Shown piece by piece: positions 18,854-28,667 of a stretch of 64,000 nucleotides of DNA. Each line of letters opens with the position of its first letter. The first letter of the stretch is position 1. The DNA is from Candidatus Binataceae bacterium. GTDB taxonomy: Bacteria > Desulfobacterota > Binatia > Binatales > Binataceae. The notes under the pieces were generated by a model. The model saw only the letters and a program-made list of their open reading frames with translations. It had not been told where the DNA came from and made no database searches. The stretch covers positions 10,603 through 74,602 of the forward strand of contig DATGLK010000103.1 of assembly GCA_035294265.1 (NCBI GenBank), given 5' to 3'. Made by a program: the position numbers and the translations under genes.

Positions 18854-20580
18854 GCCCGGCTTTCACCCGCATGTACGGGTAACATTCCCTGCTTGCTGAT
18901 CAGCAGCCCGCCCAAGGCCAGATGGCGCAAGCCCGACAACTCGAACAGTCGCAATGCGTCGGCGGGAGAGGAAACCAGTGGCTCGCCGTGCAGATTGAGC
19001 GAAGTATTGACGATCGCGCCGTCGCCGGTCAGCCGCTCGTAAGCGCGCAACAGCCGATGGTAGGCTGGGTTGTCGGTGCTAGTGACGATCTGCGGCCGCA
19101 CGGTAAAGTCGCGCGGATGCAGCCCCGCGATAAACTGACGCCCCGCTGCCAACGTATCAAAAGCCAAAATCATGTAGGGCGCCGAAAGCTGGCGTGGATT
19201 GCGTACGTACTCATGCGCCCGCTCTTTCAGAATCGACAAGGCAAAGGGCATCCAGAAATCGCGCTGCTTGATCATGTCGTTGAGCAGACGCACCGATTCC
19301 GGGGCCCGCGGCGGCGCTAACAAGGCCCGGTTACCCAGTGAACGAGCGCCAAACTCCTCGCCCCCGGCAAACCGCCCCACGATTTCGCCCCGCGCCAGCA
19401 GCAACGCGATCTCCTCCTCCATATGACCACTTTCGGTAATCGCCACCGGCGCGCCAAAACGATGGGCCCGCACCGCCGCCGCCACCTCAAGCTGGTCATA
19501 ACGCGGCCCCCAATACATCTCACCCAGCGCACGCGTGCGCACGCGCGCACCGGCGCTCACCGCATAACAAGCCCCCAACGCATTGGTTTCGTCTCCGCAC
19601 GAGGGCATCACAAACAGATCCTCCACTTCGCTCAGCTCCATCACCGCCTTGTTCACCTTCACGTTCATGAACACCCCGCCGCCCAGGGCCACCCGCCGCA
19701 CCTTGAGCGCGCGAATACAGTTGCGGACCCAGTTGCACACAAAGCGCTCAGTGAAAAGCTGCAAACCTCCCGCAATCGCATCAAAACGCTCAAACTCCAA
19801 CAGCTCGCGCACGAACTCGTAACAACGCGTGGCCGGTGGCGCGCCATAGTTGAAGCGCCAGGTAAGCCCGGGTTGCTCGAATCCAAACAATTCGCCAAAA
19901 CGCTTGCTCACTCGCTCGGCTGCCGCCGCCGACGCATAGGGCGCCAAACCCATCAATTTGTATTCGTGCTCCACCGCCGTCATCCCCGCCAACGCCGTCA
20001 CGTTAGCCCACACCAGCCCCAGCGAGGAGGCTTCAGCCACTTGCGCTACCCGAACCAAGCGCCCCTCGCGGCCGATATTCACAGTGGCGCACAGCCGGTC
20101 CCCGGCTCCATCCAAGGTCAATACCAGTATCTCCTCCGACAGCCGCCCCCAGCCGTAGTAAGCCGCCGCCGCGTGACACTGATGATGTTCGATAAATTCC
20201 AGAGGCGCCCCCACCCCAAGCTCACGCACACGCCGCGCGCGCGCCCCCATCATCCGCTCCTGCCGAATCTGGTCCACCACCCCGCCCTTGAGCGCATGTC
20301 GCCAGCGCATCGTCAAATCACACGCCCGCTTATAGTTAAGCCGCTGGTTCTGGGGCGAAGGAGGTGTCCGATGCAGCATCCGACCCGCCATCACGACCCG
20401 CTCGATTTGGTCTGCCTGCACCCCCGCTATCGCCATCACGCTAGCCACCGCGCGGCGCGGAAAGCCGGCTTCGTTCTTGACCCGCGACAAGCGCTCCTCC
20501 TGATGGGCCGCCAGAACCGCACCCTGGTTCATTAGGCAGGCTGCCGCGTTGTGACCGTCGTGAATTCCCAGCACCATCAT
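18850..20580 (-). CDS. Carbamoyltransferase (NodU/CmcH/TobZ family)
   Basis: LGIHDGHNAAA, QEERLSRVK, EHHQCHAAAAY, LDGAGD, EYKLMGLAPY, LGGGVFMNVK, FGARSLGNR, RDFWMPFA, VNTSLNLHGEP. Confidence 0.93.
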   Translation of the reverse strand: MMVLGIHDGHNAAACLMNQGAVLAAHQEERLSRVKNEAGFPRRAVASVMAIAGVQADQIERVVMAGRMLHRTPPSPQNQRLNYKRACDLTMRWRHALKGGVVDQIRQERMMGARARRVRELGVGAPLEFIEHHQCHAAAAYYGWGRLSEEILVLTLDGAGDRLCATVNIGREGRLVRVAQVAEASSLGLVWANVTALAGMTAVEHEYKLMGLAPYASAAAAERVSKRFGELFGFEQPGLTWRFNYGAPPATRCYEFVRELLEFERFDAIAGGLQLFTERFVCNWVRNCIRALKVRRVALGGGVFMNVKVNKAVMELSEVEDLFVMPSCGDETNALGACYAVSAGARVRTRALGEMYWGPRYDQLEVAAAVRAHRFGAPVAITESGHMEEEIALLLARGEIVGRFAGGEEFGARSLGNRALLAPPRAPESVRLLNDMIKQRDFWMPFALSILKERAHEYVRNPRQLSAPYMILAFDTLAAGRQFIAGLHPRDFTVRPQIVTSTDNPAYHRLLRAYERLTGDGAIVNTSLNLHGEPLVSSPADALRLFELSGLRHLALGGLLISKQGMLPVHAGESRA

Positions 20581-21908
20581 CGCTTGCCACCCTCCTCTGC
20601 GTCCCGGCCGCCCGCGCCCTGGGAGTGGTCGGCAACTGCGCTGACTCCGCTGGCGCCGCTGCGGCTAAGCCTTATCAATTTCTTTTCCAACTGCCGCCAG
20701 TGATATTCCCAGCTCCAGCAGCGTTCGATTAAGCGCCGCCCCTGAGTCGCCAGCCGCTGGCGTCCCACCTGGTCCTCCCACAACCGCGCTACCCCCTCGG
20801 CCAAGCCGATCGCATCCTCGGCCAAAATCAACTCACGGCCGTCAACGGCCCCGATCCCCTGGTTAGCGGTGGGCGTCGCCACCACCGCTAATCCGCTCGC
20901 CAGCGCTTCCAGCAGCTTGTTCTGCAAACCCGCCGCGATCCTCATCGGTACCAGCCCGATCGATCCGGCGCGCAAATACGGCGCCAACCGCGGTGGCGAG
21001 TCGATCACCTCTACTCCCGCCGCACGCGCTTGCCGCATTAAGCTCGCGGGCGGATTTCGACCTACGATCTGCAAACGTGCCGCCGGCTGACGCCTTAGCA
21101 CCTGCGGCCAAATCGATCCCAGCAGCCACCGCGCCGCGTCCAAATTCGGCGCGGTATCGAGCACCCCGCTGAAGATAATCGGGCCGCGCTCATGGCAGCC
21201 GGCCGGCGCGGGGTGGAACTCCTGCAGGTCCACACCGTGAGGAACCAGCCAGGTGCGTTGCGGCGCCAGTCCGATCGCGTCACGGTCGTGCACCGAGATG
21301 ACCGCGCAGCGCTCGAAATCCGCCGCCACCGCCCGCTCGTAGCGTTCAACCAAGCGCCGTTCCAACGCCCAACCTAAGCGGCCTATACCGTTGCGATAGC
21401 GCACCATTCGCTGCAAATTGAGGCTTTGCGCGATCTGCATTGCCAACAACTTGGGCGCTCCCCCCATGCCCCGCACATACTCGGCGCTGCGGATGAGATG
21501 CACGTAAATTAAATCCGGCCGCTCCTCAGCCAGCGCCTGGCGCACCGCCCGCGCCATCGCCGGATTCCACAACCCTGCGACTTGCAGCGGCCAGCCGCGC
21601 CCAAGCCCTGCCACCAATCCCGCCAAGGCGCGCCAACGTGAATGGCGATAGACCTGGACCCGTTCGCATAACCGGGCTACCACGCCCATATCGCGGACCG
21701 GACTCTCCCAGGTGTCCAAGGCAATTAGATGAACTCGATGGCCGCGACCGGCCAGATACTTAAGCAGGCGATAGACCGTACGCTGGTCGGCGCGCCCCTC
21801 GGGGTCAGGGCAGCGGGAGCTGACCAGCAGCAGCCTCAGCGAGAGCTTGGCGGGCGGCGCCGGATGCCTTTCGCCGGAGTGATAAATTACCCTATCGCAC
21901 CCCGTCAT
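20577..21908 (-). CDS. Glycosyltransferase family 4 (PEP-CTERM/TIGR03087-like)
   Basis: Start inferred at ATG 21908 (ATGA overlap with wzx). VPHGVD, IIFSGVLDTAPNLDAARW, LQIVGRNP, GLQNKLLEALASG. Confidence 0.85.
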   Translation of the reverse strand: MTGCDRVIYHSGERHPAPPAKLSLRLLLVSSRCPDPEGRADQRTVYRLLKYLAGRGHRVHLIALDTWESPVRDMGVVARLCERVQVYRHSRWRALAGLVAGLGRGWPLQVAGLWNPAMARAVRQALAEERPDLIYVHLIRSAEYVRGMGGAPKLLAMQIAQSLNLQRMVRYRNGIGRLGWALERRLVERYERAVAADFERCAVISVHDRDAIGLAPQRTWLVPHGVDLQEFHPAPAGCHERGPIIFSGVLDTAPNLDAARWLLGSIWPQVLRRQPAARLQIVGRNPPASLMRQARAAGVEVIDSPPRLAPYLRAGSIGLVPMRIAAGLQNKLLEALASGLAVVATPTANQGIGAVDGRELILAEDAIGLAEGVARLWEDQVGRQRLATQGRRLIERCWSWEYHWRQLEKKLIRLSRSGASGVSAVADHSQGAGGRDAEEGGKR

Positions 21909-23389
21909 CGGCCCACCCTTGGCTCGGCGCTCGTTTCGGGCAGGCCTCGCGCCAAGGCCAACAGACGCCAGATCTGTCGCCCCTCCACAATCCCTAACAA
22001 CCCGACGTAACTTGCCAGCACTACTGCCAGCACGCCGCCCGGCGTCAACGCCCCACAGCCACTCAACCCGTGCTCCACCATTACCGCCGCTAGCGTCGCA
22101 ATGGTGGGGGGGCCGAGTAGCCAGCGGTAATTCAGCCGGCTGTGCACCAATCCTTGTCCCGCGCTCCAAACCACCGCCAAGCCGGCAGTGGTGGTTAGCG
22201 CCAGCGGTCCCACGCCAGGCCATAGCCACATGCACAAGGGAGCACCCGCGCTGGCTGCCCCCAGCACGCAGCTCAGTAGCGCCAGTCGGCGCAGCTGATG
22301 CGTGCCCAGTAGGTGGGAGCGCTGGTTTTCCACCATAGGTAGCAGCACCACATAGGGCGCGAAGGCCGGCAACAGTGCGGCCACCTCCATCCATCGGTTA
22401 CCCAACAGCCAACCCACCAGCAGACGGGGGAATAGCGCCATCGGCAGCGCTATCCCCAGTGCCACTCGCACCGAGATGAAACTGAACCAGGCGTAAAGCG
22501 GGTCGCCCGAGGAAACCGCGCTGGTTGGTCCCGGCCCACTGGTCCGCGTGCTGTGCGCATAGGCAGGCAGCGCGACCTGAGTCACCAACGGCCCCATGAC
22601 CGTTCCCAACGCGTCGGCCAGGGCGCGGCTTTGGCTGTAGATACCAACCGCGGTAGCGTCAGCGCGCAGCCCCAGGCACAGCCGGTCAGTACTCCAAAAG
22701 CCAGTCATCGCAGCTTGCATCAGAGCCAGCGGCGCCCCGAAGTGAAACAGCTGGTTGACCTCGCGTCGCCCCGCCCGCAGCCGCAGCCGGCGGCCCGCCA
22801 GCCAGCGGTAACCGGCCAGACTGAGCGCCACCATCGCAGCCTCGCGCATCACCAACGCCCAAGCCCCAAAGTTCACGCGCGCCGCGACCAGCGCGGGCAC
22901 AAAGGAGACCAACGAGGCCAGCGCATCAACCGCCGCGAACGGGCCATAGCGCAATTCGCGCTCCAACAAAGCCGCATAGCTGTAGGCGGCCAGATTGAAC
23001 AGCCGGATCGCGCTCAACCCGCATACCAGCCATGCCACCGCGGCCCCAAAGCGATGGGCAACCAGAGGCGCGACCAGCAGGCACCCCGCCAGCAGGCTGG
23101 CCCCCAGTCCCACACTGAGCGCATAGGCGGTATCCTCCAAGGCTGGCTCGGGGGTGGATGCCACTATCCGCAAGTGAAAACTCCAGCCCCCCAACAGGTA
23201 TACGATTTGCAGCACGGCCCCCGCCAAAGCATAAAGCCCGTACTGCGCCGGTCCGACCTGACGAATCAGGATCAATTTGGCGGGAAAGGCGATAAATCCG
23301 CTGAGATAACCTACTGCGCTCAATAACAGGGCGCTGTGCAGAACCTGACCGAGCAAGCCGGCCCGAGGGCTTTCCACCTGTCCTATCAC
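21905..23389 (-). CDS. wzx: Wzx/RfbX polysaccharide flippase
   Basis: GTG start overlaps the wzz stop. LIRQVGPAQYGLYALA, ALLERELRYG, FGAWALV, GIYSQS, 12+ TM segments (MOP family). Confidence 0.8.
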   Translation of the reverse strand: MIGQVESPRAGLLGQVLHSALLLSAVGYLSGFIAFPAKLILIRQVGPAQYGLYALAGAVLQIVYLLGGWSFHLRIVASTPEPALEDTAYALSVGLGASLLAGCLLVAPLVAHRFGAAVAWLVCGLSAIRLFNLAAYSYAALLERELRYGPFAAVDALASLVSFVPALVAARVNFGAWALVMREAAMVALSLAGYRWLAGRRLRLRAGRREVNQLFHFGAPLALMQAAMTGFWSTDRLCLGLRADATAVGIYSQSRALADALGTVMGPLVTQVALPAYAHSTRTSGPGPTSAVSSGDPLYAWFSFISVRVALGIALPMALFPRLLVGWLLGNRWMEVAALLPAFAPYVVLLPMVENQRSHLLGTHQLRRLALLSCVLGAASAGAPLCMWLWPGVGPLALTTTAGLAVVWSAGQGLVHSRLNYRWLLGPPTIATLAAVMVEHGLSGCGALTPGGVLAVVLASYVGLLGIVEGRQIWRLLALARGLPETSAEPRVGR

Positions 23390-24249
23390 GCCCGCTCCAT
23401 GCGCACCCGCCGCTGCGCCAAAGCCAGCTCGCAGCCCCAGCACAGCCCCACCCCCAGCAACGCCGCCACCAGCAGGCCCATGGCTGCACATTCGAGCCGT
23501 CCCATTCCCACCGGTCGTGGGTCGAAGCTGGGCGGATCAATCACCTCGAAGGCGAAATCGGCTTGCACTTTGGCGGTGGCCGCGCGATGGAGATCGAAGG
23601 CTACCTGCTGATAGAGCTGCTGGCGCAGCAAGGGATCGACAGTCTGGTTTATCTGATGCTCCAGGCTGTCCACGCTAGCATCGGCGTCGCTGACCACCCG
23701 CGCCCGCAAATCCGAGCGCAAGTCGTCGATCATCGCACCCAACACTTGTTGCGCCACCGGCCCCTGGCGCAGTGTCAGGCTCAGCACGATATTGCCCGCC
23801 CGCCGGTCGTAATCGATCTCCTCGGCGGCAGTCAGCGCCCGCAGCCCCTGCCACAAGTTCAGCACGCGCTCGCCGCCCCCATACTCGCTCGCCCGGCTTA
23901 GGAGCGGATAGGCCGCCAGCAGGCGCCCTCCAGCCTGCCGACTTTGCAACATGCTGATATACCGATAGGCCTGCGCTTCCCCCTGTCCTTGCATCGTCAA
24001 CCCCAACAGCCCGCTGCTCTCCCCCACCTGCGAGAGCAAATCCGCCGGCGCCATCGGTCGAATTACCGCGCGCGCCTGGTAGCGCGCCACTCGCAGCTCA
24101 GTGAAGCCCCAACCCGCTAGCAAACCCAGCCCCATCGTAACGGCCAAAAACCAGCGCCGCCGCCACAGCGTAGCAGCGTAAGGCAGCGCCGGCCCCGCTT
24201 CGGGCAAGGGCTGTAATAGATACACCGGAGTACGATTGGACGCCGCCAT
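23386..24249 (-). CDS. wzz: Wzz/FepE-type chain-length determinant (polysaccharide co-polymerase)
   Basis: TM near each terminus (LWRRRWFLAVT...; FEVIDPP...MGLLVAALLGVGL), YQARAVIRP, MLQSR, coiled periplasmic region. Confidence 0.75.
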   Translation of the reverse strand: MAASNRTPVYLLQPLPEAGPALPYAATLWRRRWFLAVTMGLGLLAGWGFTELRVARYQARAVIRPMAPADLLSQVGESSGLLGLTMQGQGEAQAYRYISMLQSRQAGGRLLAAYPLLSRASEYGGGERVLNLWQGLRALTAAEEIDYDRRAGNIVLSLTLRQGPVAQQVLGAMIDDLRSDLRARVVSDADASVDSLEHQINQTVDPLLRQQLYQQVAFDLHRAATAKVQADFAFEVIDPPSFDPRPVGMGRLECAAMGLLVAALLGVGLCWGCELALAQRRVRMERA

Positions 24250-24458
24250 TGTCCTGGCACACCCGTTGGCGCCGCGCAGCTAACTCACCCAAAGCGCGCA
24301 ACCGCCAGGCTCTTTGTGCCAGAACGACGAGGATGTGGATGTGAAAAAATGACGCGCCCGGCCTGGGCTACGGTTGCATTTGAGGGGGCAAGCGCGGCGG
24401 CGAAACGATGACGAGGTTCAACTCGTGCTTCGACTGTGCGCGGGCGCCGTCGCGCGAC

Positions 24459-25469
24459 TTAACTGCTGGCTTTCAATTCACGCTGCGCCAACGCCAGATC
24501 CGCCTCGACCATCATCGCTACCAATTGTGGAAAACTGACCTGCGGCCGCCAATTCAGCACCCGCCGCGCCTTGCTCGCATCACCCTTCAACAGATCCACT
24601 TCCGCCGGTCGGGTTAAGCGCTCATCGAAATCGACATACTTATGCCAATCCAATCCCAGATGAGCAAACGCCAACTCCAGAAATTCCCGCACCGAATGGC
24701 TTTCGCCGGTGGCTACCACGTAATCCTCGGGCTTGGGCTGCTGTAGCATCGCCCACATCGCCACCACGTAATCGCCCGCAAACCCCCAATCCCGACGCGC
24801 CTCCAGATTGCCCAGCGCCAAGCGCTTTTGCAGCCCCACCGCAATTCGGGTGGCGCTGCGACTGATTTTGCGCGTCACGAAGTTTTCGCCCCGCCGCGGC
24901 GATTCATGATTGAACAGGATCCCATTAACCGCGAACAGTCCGTACGCCTCGCGGTAATTGAGCACCTGCCAATGCGCGTACACCTTGGCACAGGCGTAAG
25001 GACTGCGGGGATGGAACGGCGTGGTCTCGCGCTGGGGTACCTCCGCCGCCTGGCCAAACATTTCCGACGATCCCGCCTGATAAAGTCGCACCTCGCGCTG
25101 GTTATTGCGGCTATGGTCACGCACTGCCTCCAGCAGGCGCAAGGCACCCAATCCCACAACGTCCGCAGTGTACTCGGGTTGGTCGAAAGAGATCCGCACG
25201 TGCGACTGCGCCGCTAAATTGTAAACTTCGTCGGGCGCCGTCAGCTCCAGCACCCGACGCAACCCGGTTCCATCGCCCAGATCGCCGTAATGCAGCTTGA
25301 GTGCCGCTTCTTGGTCATAACCGCGACGCAGATGGTCGATCCGGCCGGTGGCAAAGCTTGAGGTCCGCCGCACTAGACCATGCACCGTATAGCCCTTGCT
25401 CAGCAGCAACTCGGCCAGATACGAACCGTCTTGCCCCGTGATACCGGTTATCAGCGCGCTTTTTCCCAT
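24459..25469 (-). CDS. gmd: GDP-mannose 4,6-dehydratase
   Basis: [70 protein letters not shown]. Confidence 0.97.
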   Translation of the reverse strand: MGKSALITGITGQDGSYLAELLLSKGYTVHGLVRRTSSFATGRIDHLRRGYDQEAALKLHYGDLGDGTGLRRVLELTAPDEVYNLAAQSHVRISFDQPEYTADVVGLGALRLLEAVRDHSRNNQREVRLYQAGSSEMFGQAAEVPQRETTPFHPRSPYACAKVYAHWQVLNYREAYGLFAVNGILFNHESPRRGENFVTRKISRSATRIAVGLQKRLALGNLEARRDWGFAGDYVVAMWAMLQQPKPEDYVVATGESHSVREFLELAFAHLGLDWHKYVDFDERLTRPAEVDLLKGDASKARRVLNWRPQVSFPQLVAMMVEADLALAQRELKASS

Positions 25470-25518
25470 GATCGCCTCTTCAGACTCGTTCTCGCCGCCA
25501 CACGCCGCGCCACCATCG

Positions 25519-26139
25519 CTAAAATCCCTCCGACATCAGTGCATACAGCTCGTGAGCAACATTGCTCATCACCTGATGGCTAGCGATTGTTTGCTGAGTC
25601 TGCGCGACCTGAATATCGGTGAGCTGACCGATATCGCGCGCGCGGAAGTTTTGCTGCAGAAAAACCGGCGAACTGGGCAACAGCGCCGAAGCCACATCCG
25701 CGAAGCGCTGAGTCGAGGAAATCCCGTTCTCGCTCCAGATTACCTTGCCACTGTGTCCGTCGGTGAGTTGCGCGCTGACCGAGAGCTGACGGATCGAATT
25801 GGTGGGCTCGTCTACCGAGTTGAGCGATCCGGGTTCAGTCTGGACGTTGTTGATCGTACCAGTCAAAACCAAGTCGGCGTCAGCCGGACTATCCACCAGC
25901 GTCAAGCGATCGTGATTGGCGATTTCGTCCTTGACGTAGCGCATGAAGGGTTCGGCAATTCCGGTGGTGCGACTCATATTGGCGAATTGCGCGACATAAA
26001 TGGTTTGCGCCGATGCCGGCAAGCCTGGGCCTTGCGCCTCGAACTCATAGCCGCAGCCACTCAACGCCGTCGCCAACACGATTGCAACCAGCGGCATTAG
26101 ATTTAAGCTAGCCGATTTATGTCTATCCAGCGCAAACAT
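25519..26139 (-). CDS. lptE: LPS assembly lipoprotein LptE
   Basis: Lipobox LSGCGY, then [31 protein letters not shown]. Directly downstream of lptD. Confidence 0.8.
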   Translation of the reverse strand: MFALDRHKSASLNLMPLVAIVLATALSGCGYEFEAQGPGLPASAQTIYVAQFANMSRTTGIAEPFMRYVKDEIANHDRLTLVDSPADADLVLTGTINNVQTEPGSLNSVDEPTNSIRQLSVSAQLTDGHSGKVIWSENGISSTQRFADVASALLPSSPVFLQQNFRARDIGQLTDIQVAQTQQTIASHQVMSNVAHELYALMSEGF

Positions 26140-26144
26140 ATGAC

Positions 26145-28565
26145 CTACCTGTAACCGGTCAGAAAACCGGTGCTGCGTACCGCCCCGAAAGGGCTTAGTT
26201 GGAAAGGATTGGAGCCAAAGGGGTTGGTACCCACCGAGCCCAGTCCGCCCAGAGTAATCTGGAAGGTGAAGGCGGTTTGGACCGGCGCGATAGTTTGCGT
26301 CAGGCCAAAGTCGGCGGCCCAGCAATTACAAGGTGACTTAAGCCGCACCCCATAATTGGTGGCGAGAAATTTGTGCGTAGCCAAGTCATAGCTGGGACCG
26401 AAAAACAGGCCAGCCCGCCTGAACAATTCATAATAGGTTTGGAAGGTTAGATAATTCACCCGTGCCGCGTTGGGGGGCGCGAACACAAGCGCGCTCGGAT
26501 TAAGATAGCTGTAACTCAAAGTGAAAAACGACCCTACCACCGATCGCCCCATGTAGACCGGAGAGACATTGGGCTCCCAAGGCGGCTGGAAATTGAACGA
26601 CAGGTTGCCCGCATCCAGGGTATGCGGCCCTGCTACGTCGTAATCCAGGCTACCTGAAAACCAACCCAACCGGGTGGGCAAAAACGAAGCATACATTTCC
26701 AGGTCCGACATATGCGACCCACTGGCCGCCACCGGATGGGAAGTGTCGTAGGACTGCAGTACAGTCAAATCCAGCAGATCTTCCAATCCGCCCACCCCAA
26801 GCAGCCGGCCCGGACTGAACGCGGTCAACAACGGCCCCTGCGAGCTGGCGGTCTCCGTCGTGCTCAGGGGCGGCGGTTGCGAGTTGGTTGAGGGAAATTT
26901 GGCCAAAAACCGGGTAGAAAAGCCATAGGTTACCAGACTGCGCCCTTCCACCCGATCGATTTCATCGAAGATCGGCAGATTGCCCTGGTCAATATTGGGC
27001 ACGTATGCGTAATAGACGAACGGCTCGATAGTTTGGCGCAGTTTCTCAAGCGAGTTCCAATTTGGACTGAAGACCCGGCCCACGATAGTCGAGAGCTGAA
27101 AGTTGAAATATGGAATCGGGTCGCGGACCAGCAGTCCTCCCTGCGCCAACGGCCCCAAATACAGGCCGTTGTTGAACAGCCGCCCTCCGGTATCCACCGG
27201 CGTAATCCCGACCTGATGGCCCGAAACATCGTAAAAGGTGTTGTACATCCCTGCCGAGGCCGAGCCATAGAAGTACCGATCCCAGCGAAAGGGTACGCTC
27301 ACGCTGGGCTGCAGATTCAGCCGGGCCCCACCCTGCCCCTGATCCCGCCAGAAGTCCGCCAACTCCGCGTCATAATCGGTATAAGCAAAGCTCAAATCGC
27401 CCGGCAACGCAGCCCGGCCGCTAACCAACCCGTCAAAGGGCTCCTGCAGGTCAAGCCGTGGATCTTGAATCAAATCCTGGTACCAGATGCTGCGCACCTG
27501 CGCATAACCGTTGGTAAAATCGTCAATCACTCCCACATCCGAGGTGGTATAGCGCAGCAGGTTTATCCCCGAGCTGTAATTGTAATCATTAGAAAGTGTC
27601 CACACGTCCAGATCCCGCAGCAGCAACGGATCGGTGACATTGAGCGAGTCGGCGTAAACCGTCAGATTGTCGCCGACATGCTGGCGTAACATGCCGATTG
27701 CGTCCAAACGATTGATTGGAATGTTCTTGTCATACAACTGAGAATCGAAAATCGAGGAGGCGCGATTGGCATTGGAGCGCAAAAACTCGTTAAAGTAGCC
27801 GCCGTCGATCCAGAAATAATCGTCCGGCCCGTTATCCAGCCGGTACTCGCCGTACAACCCTACTCGCTGCGACGTCTCCACGTCCGCCGCCACGGTGGCA
27901 TCCGAACTGCGGCTGATGTCCAAAAAATAGGGCTGAATCACCTGAAAGCCCCGAAAGTTGGAAATCGTCGGCTGCGGGCTGAGCAGGCCGCTGGCCCGAT
28001 CGATGCCCACTGGAAACCAAACCTTGGGCAGCGCCGTCGGCAGGATCGGATAGCCCAGCACGTCGAACTGCGTGCCGCGCGCGGTCGCCGTCCCAGGCAC
28101 CTCGACATCCATTTCCTGCGCCGAGATACTCCAGGCCGGGGGCCCTTCACCACATTGGCAGGCAGTGAACGTCCCACTACGGATCAGGTAGCGCTGACCC
28201 TCCTTCTTTTCGACATGTTTGCCCTGCAACTTGAAGGTTTGATTGCGTGAGCGGATCAACGCGTCGTCCAACTCTCCGGTCTCGTTGGTCAGGTCCAGTG
28301 TCGCGCAACTGGCATATACATCCGCTTGCGGATCGCTTAGATGGACCTGTCCGGTGGCACGTGCGCGCTGGCGTCTGGGCTCAAAATCGATCTCGTGCGC
28401 GGTCAGCAGCCGCGGTCCCTGTTGCAGGCTGGAATTGCCCACGACCACGAAGCGGTTAAGCCGCGAGTCATAAGTCATGCTCTCGCCCGCCACATGGACC
28501 GGTGCGCTCAATTGCACCCGGGTAGGTAGCACCCCTTTGGCCTGAGCGGCGGCGTTGACCGCCAT
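26145..28565 (-). CDS. lptD: LPS assembly protein LptD (true start probably upstream of 28565)
   Basis: OstA-like N-domain (ATGQVHL, FTACQC...PAWSISA), SGLLSP, QPYFLDI, beta-barrel, CWAADF and a C-terminal ITLGGLG region. Confidence 0.9.
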   Translation of the reverse strand: MAVNAAAQAKGVLPTRVQLSAPVHVAGESMTYDSRLNRFVVVGNSSLQQGPRLLTAHEIDFEPRRQRARATGQVHLSDPQADVYASCATLDLTNETGELDDALIRSRNQTFKLQGKHVEKKEGQRYLIRSGTFTACQCGEGPPAWSISAQEMDVEVPGTATARGTQFDVLGYPILPTALPKVWFPVGIDRASGLLSPQPTISNFRGFQVIQPYFLDISRSSDATVAADVETSQRVGLYGEYRLDNGPDDYFWIDGGYFNEFLRSNANRASSIFDSQLYDKNIPINRLDAIGMLRQHVGDNLTVYADSLNVTDPLLLRDLDVWTLSNDYNYSSGINLLRYTTSDVGVIDDFTNGYAQVRSIWYQDLIQDPRLDLQEPFDGLVSGRAALPGDLSFAYTDYDAELADFWRDQGQGGARLNLQPSVSVPFRWDRYFYGSASAGMYNTFYDVSGHQVGITPVDTGGRLFNNGLYLGPLAQGGLLVRDPIPYFNFQLSTIVGRVFSPNWNSLEKLRQTIEPFVYYAYVPNIDQGNLPIFDEIDRVEGRSLVTYGFSTRFLAKFPSTNSQPPPLSTTETASSQGPLLTAFSPGRLLGVGGLEDLLDLTVLQSYDTSHPVAASGSHMSDLEMYASFLPTRLGWFSGSLDYDVAGPHTLDAGNLSFNFQPPWEPNVSPVYMGRSVVGSFFTLSYSYLNPSALVFAPPNAARVNYLTFQTYYELFRRAGLFFGPSYDLATHKFLATNYGVRLKSPCNCWAADFGLTQTIAPVQTAFTFQITLGGLGSVGTNPFGSNPFQLSPFGAVRSTGFLTGYR

Positions 28566-28667
28566 CAGCAGCCCCAGCGCGCCGGCGCCCAGGGCCGATA
28601 AGGTGCGGCGCTGGCCAAGCCGAAACCATGCTCGTCCGGATAGCGTGGGCCTACTCCCTGCGCCCCT

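Noticed and set aside
21909-22394. N-terminal extension of the GT4 ORF (605 aa in the track)
   Set aside because: It lies inside wzx in another frame and is low-complexity. ATG 21908 gives a normal coupled GT4.
24294-24306. RfaH ops element upstream of wzz
   Set aside because: GGCGGTTGCGCG differs from GGCGGTAGnnTG at two key positions.
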